Virus record (IMG/VR): IMGVR_UViG_2648501797_000005
Coordinates: 1 to 46,841 of that record
Length of the DNA: 46,841 bases
Direction: 5' to 3' (one strand)
Source of the DNA: a virus
Lineage: Duplodnaviria; Heunggongvirae; Uroviricota; Caudoviricetes
Below are positions 40,967 through 46,841 of this stretch, piece by piece (within the stretch, counting starts at the first letter, position 1; each line of letters opens with the position of its first letter). Under the pieces are notes generated by a model that ran no database searches, was not told where the DNA came from, and saw only the letters and a list, made by a program, of their open reading frames with translations. A program made the translations under genes and the position numbers.

Positions 40967-41515
40967 ATGAATCACTTGATGGTTGACCTTGAAACAATGG
41001 GCAACGGGCCATACGCGCCAGTTATTTCTATTGGGGCGGTATTCTTTGACCCGAATACCGGAGAAACAGGAGAAGAGTTCTCGGTAAATATCTCGCTTGA
41101 GTCATCAATGCGATATCGGGCGCGTCCTGACGCTTCAACGATTTTATGGTGGCTGGAACAGAGTGAAGAAGCCAGAAAATCGCTAACCAGCAACACTCAG
41201 GAGCTTTCAACGGCTCTTTCATGGTTATCTGAATTCATCATAAAGAACGCCAACCACAAACTCGTTCAGGTTTGGGGGAATGGAGCATCATTTGACTGCG
41301 TTATTCTCCGCAACAGTTATTCGCTGACAGGGCAGCCAGTTCCGTGGCAGTGGTGGAATGACCGCGACGTAAGAACAATCGTCGAACTTGGGAAGGTAAT
41401 AGGATTCGATCCTAAGCGAGATATGCCATTCAAAGGAACTCGCCACAACGCGCTTGATGATGCCATCCACCAAGCCAAATACGTTTCAGCGATCTGGAAA
41501 AAGTTAGCTAAATAA
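40967..41515 (+). CDS. 3'-5' exonuclease, DnaQ/DEDDh-like
   Basis: N-terminal MVDLETMG motif and C-terminal H...D motif (HNALDDA). Confidence 0.65.
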   Translation: MNHLMVDLETMGNGPYAPVISIGAVFFDPNTGETGEEFSVNISLESSMRYRARPDASTILWWLEQSEEARKSLTSNTQELSTALSWLSEFIIKNANHKLVQVWGNGASFDCVILRNSYSLTGQPVPWQWWNDRDVRTIVELGKVIGFDPKRDMPFKGTRHNALDDAIHQAKYVSAIWKKLAK

Positions 41516-41531
41516 TCAACAGGAGAAAACC

Positions 41532-41828
41532 ATGCCAGCGCCTCTATATGGTGCGGACGACCCGCGCCGCTGTTCCGGCAATTCCATATCGGAGGTGCTG
41601 GAAAATATCAAGAATAATCTCGACGCGTTTCTTGCTCTGCCACCAGAAACAAAAGAAGAACGGAAGTACCGACGCGATATACAACTCGCAGAAAAACAGG
41701 AAAAAGACCGAATAAACGAAACATCAATCCGACCATTCCGCAAATCCACATATACCCACTTCCCTGAATATATCGACCCGCGCCTGCGTAATTACCGCTC
41801 ACGCTATGGCGCTATCAGTAATGACTGA
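41532..41828 (+). CDS. hypothetical early protein (98 aa)
   Basis: ORF in the co-directional early-left operon. Confidence 0.4.
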   Translation: MPAPLYGADDPRRCSGNSISEVLENIKNNLDAFLALPPETKEERKYRRDIQLAEKQEKDRINETSIRPFRKSTYTHFPEYIDPRLRNYRSRYGAISND

Positions 41829-42003
41829 GGAATTTACCATGAGAGGACTTGCATACAATCCCGGCATTCTTCCGGCAGAAATGATTATTCGCCAACGCGT
41901 AAAGCCAATGCCATCGAGAGAGGAATTGCTTAAGAGAAATTCTTTTCCGTCAGTAAATCAAAACAAATATCTGAATGCGATGTGGCGGAGTGGGAAGAAA
42001 TGA
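41806..42003 (+). CDS. hypothetical small protein (65 aa)
   Basis: Overlapping-start operon ORF. Confidence 0.3.
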   Translation: MALSVMTEEFTMRGLAYNPGILPAEMIIRQRVKPMPSREELLKRNSFPSVNQNKYLNAMWRSGKK

Positions 42004-42440
42004 AACAAATGTCACTAATTGAGATGGATGGTTTTCTGAAAGGTAAATGCATCCCACGAGATTTAAAGGTTAACGAAACAAACGCTGAATATCTGGTGCG
42101 TAAATTTGCTGAAGCGGAGGCCAAGTGCGCGGCGCTAGCAGCGGAGAATGCGGGGCTGAAGTCTGGCGATATGGACGAAATCAATGTTATCAACCGTGGA
42201 GGGCAGGCATATTGCGTAAAAGATGGAGTGCAAGTTAATCCCATGTATGCAAGAGGGTGGAATGACTATCGCGCAAAGTCTCTGCAATCAGACACCACAG
42301 CCACCGATGCTTTCCTGGCTGAAGTGTGGGCTCAGGGTGTGGAGATGCTCTACGCAAGCAGAGCGGCTCAGTGGTCTGATGAATTGTTAGCTGAGCTTAA
42401 TGAATTCGCCACTCAGCTTCGCGAAGGAGGTGCGGCATGA
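41982..42440 (+). CDS. hypothetical early protein (152 aa)
   Basis: Operon ORF. Confidence 0.4.
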   Translation: MAEWEEMKQMSLIEMDGFLKGKCIPRDLKVNETNAEYLVRKFAEAEAKCAALAAENAGLKSGDMDEINVINRGGQAYCVKDGVQVNPMYARGWNDYRAKSLQSDTTATDAFLAEVWAQGVEMLYASRAAQWSDELLAELNEFATQLREGGAA

Positions 42441-42673
42441 GCAATCAGATTAATCCTGCCATAAGAATTGATGCAGATGGTAATGCCAGAGACGTCGACA
42501 ACGCTTACGAGGAGGGAATCTACGCCGCCGTAATAGGCCTCGATGTAACTGACAATCCGTATTCAACAGATGATCCACTCAACCGTAAGCTTTGGCTAAA
42601 GGCTTTCGCTGGGGTCAAAAGTGGAAAGATCAGAAGCGCCTCCCAGTTACGCAAAGGAGGTGAGCAAAAATGA
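42437..42673 (+). CDS. Rmf-fold-like small protein (78 aa)
   Basis: GIYAAVIG...NPY...W pattern resembles ribosome modulation factor-like phage proteins. Confidence 0.4.
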   Translation: MSNQINPAIRIDADGNARDVDNAYEEGIYAAVIGLDVTDNPYSTDDPLNRKLWLKAFAGVKSGKIRSASQLRKGGEQK

Positions 42674-42987
42674 CAATCACAAAACAACGAGTAGAAGAAA
42701 TCATATCCAGCATTGAAATGTATGGACATGGTGCAGGGTATACCGTTGACGAGGTTTATGACCTGGCTGTACTGGTGCTGAATTTATCAAATATCGCAAA
42801 CCTGAAGCGATACGAGCTTGATATGGATGGTTGTGACTCGTGCGGTCAGGATTGTGGCGCTGACATGACTGAAGATTCTGATGGCGATTATGTCCTGTTT
42901 GATGACGTGGTTAAGTTGTTTGAGTTTGATACAACCACTCAGAAGCTAGAAAGCCCAGCAAAGGAGGCAGCCAGTGAGCGAGATTGA
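42670..42987 (+). CDS. hypothetical acidic protein (105 aa)
   Basis: Operon ORF; Cys-rich DGCDSCGQDCG segment. Confidence 0.4.
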   Translation: MTITKQRVEEIISSIEMYGHGAGYTVDEVYDLAVLVLNLSNIANLKRYELDMDGCDSCGQDCGADMTEDSDGDYVLFDDVVKLFEFDTTTQKLESPAKEAASERD

Positions 42988-43513
42988 CTATCAGGCACTG
43001 CGTGAGGCGGCGCAGAACGCGAAAGATTTAGGTGGGATTAAGAATTACAAGCGAGGCGAGCAAGCTGTTGCCGAATTTGAGTCCCGGATAACGCCACACA
43101 TTGTGCTGGCGCTTCTGGATGAACGGGAAAGAAACCAGCAATACATCAAACACCGCGACCAGGAGAACGAGAATATTGCACTAACGGTTGGGAGGCTGCG
43201 TGTGGAGCTGGAAGCAGCAAAAAAACGCATAGCAGAACTGGAAGCCGAACCTGTAAGCCAAACTTACAAGTTGAACGAGCTGTCGGGCAACTCTCCGGTA
43301 ACTCCGGATGGTTGGATAAGCTGTAGTGAGCGGATGCCAGAGGACGGTCAGCACGTAATTATTTTATGTGATGGCGCATTCGTTCTTTATGCGCAATATC
43401 GAGACGGTGAGTTTTTTGATGTCGTCCGCAATGGTGAGGAGTTCTTCGAAACGCAGAGCCGCAATGTAACCGACTGGATGCCTCTACCAGAACCGCCGCA
43501 GGAGGTGAAGTGA
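42974..43513 (+). CDS. DUF551-like early protein (179 aa)
   Basis: C-terminal WMPLPEPP typical of DUF551 early-region proteins. Confidence 0.45.
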   Translation: MSEIDYQALREAAQNAKDLGGIKNYKRGEQAVAEFESRITPHIVLALLDERERNQQYIKHRDQENENIALTVGRLRVELEAAKKRIAELEAEPVSQTYKLNELSGNSPVTPDGWISCSERMPEDGQHVIILCDGAFVLYAQYRDGEFFDVVRNGEEFFETQSRNVTDWMPLPEPPQEVK

Positions 43514-43791
43514 TGGACTCCTTCGCGAAATATACGATTATTGACTGGATAGCATTCCTTCAGGTTTTGCTCATCTGGTTTTATATGGCTTACAGGAGTG
43601 GACAGTGGATTGTCAGTGTAGCCTGTAGAAAGGGATGGCGTTGGTGGAACCGAAAGAATAAAAAAGCACTGGCATTGGATTCGTTTTACGAAGCATTCAA
43701 TCTTAACAGCCTTCAGCCTGGTTCTGTCATTGTAGTCACCACTCAAAGCGGCATGACCATTCAGATTCATAAACCAAAAGAGGAAAAATGA
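43513..43791 (+). CDS. hypothetical membrane-associated protein (92 aa)
   Basis: GGAGGTGA Shine-Dalgarno; hydrophobic N-terminal segment. Confidence 0.4.
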   Translation: MDSFAKYTIIDWIAFLQVLLIWFYMAYRSGQWIVSVACRKGWRWWNRKNKKALALDSFYEAFNLNSLQPGSVIVVTTQSGMTIQIHKPKEEK

Positions 43792-43877
43792 TGTGGCCTA
43801 TATGTGTTAATTGCGGACGGATGTGCCTATCTGGATGGTGCCGAAAGTGCGACAAATGCACGAAGCAAAGACAATAA
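43788..43877 (+). CDS. Cys-rich micro-protein (29 aa), possible zinc ribbon
   Basis: MMWPICVNCGRMCLSGWCRKCDKCTKQRQ with GAGGA Shine-Dalgarno. Confidence 0.3.
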   Translation: MMWPICVNCGRMCLSGWCRKCDKCTKQRQ

Positions 43878-43949
43878 CAATCCTCGCACTCGCGGGGATT
43901 TCTTTTATCTGAACTCGCTACGGCGAGTTTTGTTTTATGGAGATGATAA

Positions 43950-44117
43950 ATGCACTTCCGAGTCACAGGTGAATGGAATGGAGAGCCATTCAACAGAGTT
44001 ATCGAAGCAGAGGACATCAATGACTGCTATGCCCACTGGATGCTGTGGGCGCAGATAGCACATGCAGACGTAACCAATATTCGAATTGAAGAACTGAAAG
44101 AACACCAAGCCGCCTGA
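43950..44117 (+). CDS. small protein (55 aa) upstream of xis, orf55-like position
   Basis: ORF followed immediately by a hairpin terminator. Confidence 0.35.
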   Translation: MHFRVTGEWNGEPFNRVIEAEDINDCYAHWMLWAQIAHADVTNIRIEELKEHQAA

Positions 44118-44130
44118 TGGCGGTTTTTTC
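44107..44130 (+). terminator. hairpin plus T6 upstream of xis
   Basis: CCGCC-tgat-GGCGG followed by TTTTTT. Confidence 0.35.
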
Positions 44131-44156
44131 TTGCGTGTAATTGCGGAGACTTTGCG

Positions 44157-44375
44157 ATGTACTTAACACTTCAGGAGTGGAACGCACGCCAGCGACGTCC
44201 AAGAAGCCTTGAAACAGTTCGTCGATGGGTACGCGAGTGCAGGATATTCCCTCCTCCGGTTAAGGATGGAAGAGAGTATCTGTTCCACGAATCAGCGGTA
44301 AAGGTTGACTTAAATCGACCAGTAACAGGTAGCCTTTTGAAGAGGATCAGAAATGGGAAGAAGGCGAATTCATGA
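44157..44375 (+). CDS. xis: excisionase
   Basis: 72 aa, matches lambda Xis as recalled. Confidence 0.9.
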   Translation: MYLTLQEWNARQRRPRSLETVRRWVRECRIFPPPVKDGREYLFHESAVKVDLNRPVTGSLLKRIRNGKKANS

Positions 44376-45423
44376 GCGCCGGGATTTACCCCCTAACCTT
44401 TATATAAGAAACAATGGATATTACTGCTACAGGGACCCAAGGACGGGTAAAGAGTTTGGATTAGGCCGAGACAGGCGAATCGCAATCACTGAAGCTATAC
44501 AGGCCAACATTGAGTTATTTTCAGGACACAAACACAAGCCTCTGACAGCGAGAATCAACAGTGATAATTCCGTTACGTTACATTCATGGCTTGATCGCTA
44601 CGAAAAAATCCTGGCCAGCAGAGGAATCAAGCAGAAGACACTCATAAATTACATGAGCAAAATTAAAGCAATAAGGAGGGGTCTGCCTGATGCTCCACTT
44701 GAAGACATCACCACAAAAGAAATTGCGGCAATGCTCAATGGATACATAGACGAGGGCAAGGCGGCGTCAGCCAAGTTAATCAGATCAACACTGAGCGATG
44801 CATTCCGAGAGGCAATAGCTGAAGGCCATATAACAACAAACCCGGTCGCTGCCACTCGCGCAGCAAAATCAGAGGTAAGGAGATCAAGACTTACGGCTGA
44901 CGAATACCTGAAAATTTATCAAGCAGCAGAATCATCACCATGTTGGTTAAGACTTGCAATGGAACTGGCTGTTGTTACCGGGCAACGAGTTGGTGATTTA
45001 TGCGAAATGAAGTGGTCTGATATCGTAGATGGATATCTTTATGTCGAGCAAAGCAAAACAGGAGTAAAAATTGCCATCCCAACAGCATTGCATGTTGATG
45101 TTCTCGGAATATCAATGAAGGAAACACTTGATAAATGCAAAAAGATTCTTGGCGGAGAAACCATAATTGCATCTACTCGTCGTGAACCGCTTTCATCCGG
45201 CACAGTATCAAGGTATTTTATGCGCGCACGAAAAGCATCAGGTCTTTCCTTCGAAGGGGATCCGCCAACCTTTCACGAGTTGCGCAGTTTGTCTGCAAGA
45301 CTCTATGAGAAGCAGATAAGCGATAAATTTGCTCAACATCTTCTCGGGCATAAGTCGGACACCATGGCATCACAGTATCGTGATGACAGAGGCAGGGAGT
45401 GGGACAAAATTGAAATCAAATAA
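44353..45423 (+). CDS. int: integrase (tyrosine recombinase)
   Basis: 356 aa, near-identical to lambda Int as recalled; overlaps xis 3' end as in lambda. Confidence 0.95.
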   Translation: MGRRRIHERRDLPPNLYIRNNGYYCYRDPRTGKEFGLGRDRRIAITEAIQANIELFSGHKHKPLTARINSDNSVTLHSWLDRYEKILASRGIKQKTLINYMSKIKAIRRGLPDAPLEDITTKEIAAMLNGYIDEGKAASAKLIRSTLSDAFREAIAEGHITTNPVAATRAAKSEVRRSRLTADEYLKIYQAAESSPCWLRLAMELAVVTGQRVGDLCEMKWSDIVDGYLYVEQSKTGVKIAIPTALHVDVLGISMKETLDKCKKILGGETIIASTRREPLSSGTVSRYFMRARKASGLSFEGDPPTFHELRSLSARLYEKQISDKFAQHLLGHKSDTMASQYRDDRGREWDKIEIK

Positions 45424-45496
45424 TGATTTTATTTTGACTGATAGTGACCTGTTCGTTGCAACAAATTGATAAGCAATGCTTTTTTATAATGCCAAC
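45424..45496. other. attP P' arm
   Basis: Reverse complement of lambda P' arm ...GCATTGCTTATCAATTTGTTGCAACGAACAGGTCACTATCAGTCAAAATAAAATCATTA. Confidence 0.7.
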
Positions 45497-45511
45497 TTAG
45501 TATAAAAAAGC
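45497..45511. other. att core of the B-O-P' junction (attL in lambda convention)
   Basis: TTAGTATAAAAAAGC followed by AGGCTTCAA (B arm of attB-lambda). Confidence 0.8.
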
Positions 45512-45557
45512 AGGCTTCAACGGATTCATTTTTCTATTTCATAGCCCGGAGCAACCT

Positions 45558-46841
45558 GTGAACACATTTTCAGTTTCCCGTCTGGCGCTGGCATTGGCTT
45601 TTGGCGTGACGCTGACCGCCTGTAGCTCAACCCCGCCCGATCAACGTCCTTCTGATCAAACCGCGCCTGGTACCTCTTCTCGCCCGATTCTGTCGGCAAA
45701 AGAAGCGCAGAATTTCGATGCTCAACACTATTTTGCATCCCTGACACCAGGTGCTGCAGCGTGGAATCCTTCCCCGATTACCCTGCCTGCGCAACCTGAC
45801 TTTGTTGTCGGCCCGGCGGGCACTCAAGGTGTAACGCATACCACGATTCAGGCGGCGGTAGATGCGGCAATTATCAAGCGTACCAACAAGCGCCAGTATA
45901 TTGCCGTGATGCCTGGTGAGTATCAGGGAACGGTATATGTCCCTGCCGCTCCGGGTGGAATTACTCTGTACGGTACAGGTGAAAAACCGATTGATGTGAA
46001 GATTGGGCTTTCCCTTGATGGTGGCATGAGCCCTGCCGACTGGCGTCACGACGTCAACCCGCGCGGCAAATATATGCCAGGTAAACCAGCGTGGTATATG
46101 TACGATAGCTGCCAGAGCAAACGCAGCGACAGTATCGGTGTTCTCTGCTCTGCGGTCTTCTGGTCACAAAACAATGGCCTGCAACTGCAAAATCTGACCA
46201 TCGAAAACACGCTGGGCGATAGCGTAGATGCAGGTAACCATCCGGCGGTGGCACTGCGTACTGATGGTGACCAGGTACAGATTAACAACGTTAACATTCT
46301 CGGTCGTCAGAACACCTTCTTTGTCACCAACAGCGGTGTGCAGAACCGTCTGGAAACGAATCGTCAGCCGCGTACGCTGGTGACCAACAGCTACATTGAA
46401 GGGGATGTGGATATCGTTTCTGGTCGCGGCGCAGTGGTGTTCGATAACACCGAATTCCGCGTGGTGAACTCACGTACTCAGCAAGAAGCGTATGTGTTTG
46501 CACCGGCTACGCTGTCCAACATTTACTACGGTTTCCTCGCCGTAAACAGCCGTTTCAATGCTTTCGGTGATGGTGTGGCGCAACTGGGCCGCTCGCTGGA
46601 TGTTGATGCCAATACCAACGGTCAGGTGGTGATCCGTGATAGCGCCATCAACGAAGGTTTTAACACGGCTAAACCGTGGGCCGATGCGGTGATCTCTAAT
46701 CGTCCGTTTGCGGGTAATACCGGCAGCGTAGATGATAACGACGAAATACAGCGCAATCTGAATGACACTAACTACAACCGCATGTGGGAATACAATAACC
46801 GCGGCGTGGGTAGTAAAGTGGTTGCAGAGGCGAAGAAGTAA
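45558..46841 (+). CDS. ybhC: host lipoprotein, pectinesterase-fold family (YbhC-like)
   Basis: Signal peptide plus lipobox LTACSS; located where ybhC lies next to attB-lambda; stop codon is the last triplet of the window. Confidence 0.7.
   Translation: MNTFSVSRLALALAFGVTLTACSSTPPDQRPSDQTAPGTSSRPILSAKEAQNFDAQHYFASLTPGAAAWNPSPITLPAQPDFVVGPAGTQGVTHTTIQAAVDAAIIKRTNKRQYIAVMPGEYQGTVYVPAAPGGITLYGTGEKPIDVKIGLSLDGGMSPADWRHDVNPRGKYMPGKPAWYMYDSCQSKRSDSIGVLCSAVFWSQNNGLQLQNLTIENTLGDSVDAGNHPAVALRTDGDQVQINNVNILGRQNTFFVTNSGVQNRLETNRQPRTLVTNSYIEGDVDIVSGRGAVVFDNTEFRVVNSRTQQEAYVFAPATLSNIYYGFLAVNSRFNAFGDGVAQLGRSLDVDANTNGQVVIRDSAINEGFNTAKPWADAVISNRPFAGNTGSVDDNDEIQRNLNDTNYNRMWEYNNRGVGSKVVAEAKK

Noticed and set aside
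45627-46297. Minus-strand ORFs (140, 83, 66 aa) at the right end
   Set aside because: Antisense to the host ybhC-like gene, which has a signal peptide/lipobox and runs exactly to the window end

Overview
The window holds one complete, integrated lambdoid prophage (about 45.4 kb, 91..45511) sitting in the E. coli lambda attachment site, with a short host flank on the left (1..90) and the host lipoprotein gene ybhC on the right (45558..46841). Both junctions carry the 15-bp lambda att core (TTAGTATAAAAAAGC at 91..105 and 45497..45511) with recognisable P and P' arm sequence inside them. The prophage is a mosaic. Int, Xis, CI, Cro, OR/OL operators, Ral, CIII, the nin genes, Q, pR', S, R and Rz/Rz1 are lambda or near-lambda. 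The antiterminator N and its boxB are P22-type, replication uses an iteron-containing initiator plus a DnaB-family helicase, recombination uses a Rad52-like annealing protein, SSB and a DnaQ-like exonuclease instead of Red, and the virion module (terminase through two tail fibres, 406..25421) is non-lambda with a gene order suggestive of a contractile tail. The best candidates for something undescribed are: (1) a three-gene, membrane-associated cassette occupying the rexA/rexB slot between cI and OL/pL; (2) a near-consensus LexA box in front of two small genes and the distal glycine-rich tail fibre; (3) a head scaffold-like protein with an N-terminal NUDIX domain; (4) an AT-rich opposite-strand small membrane-protein gene inside the tail module. 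All calls are from reading the sequence and recall of lambda/P22 biology; no database searches were run. Hand-derived coordinates may be off by a base or two.
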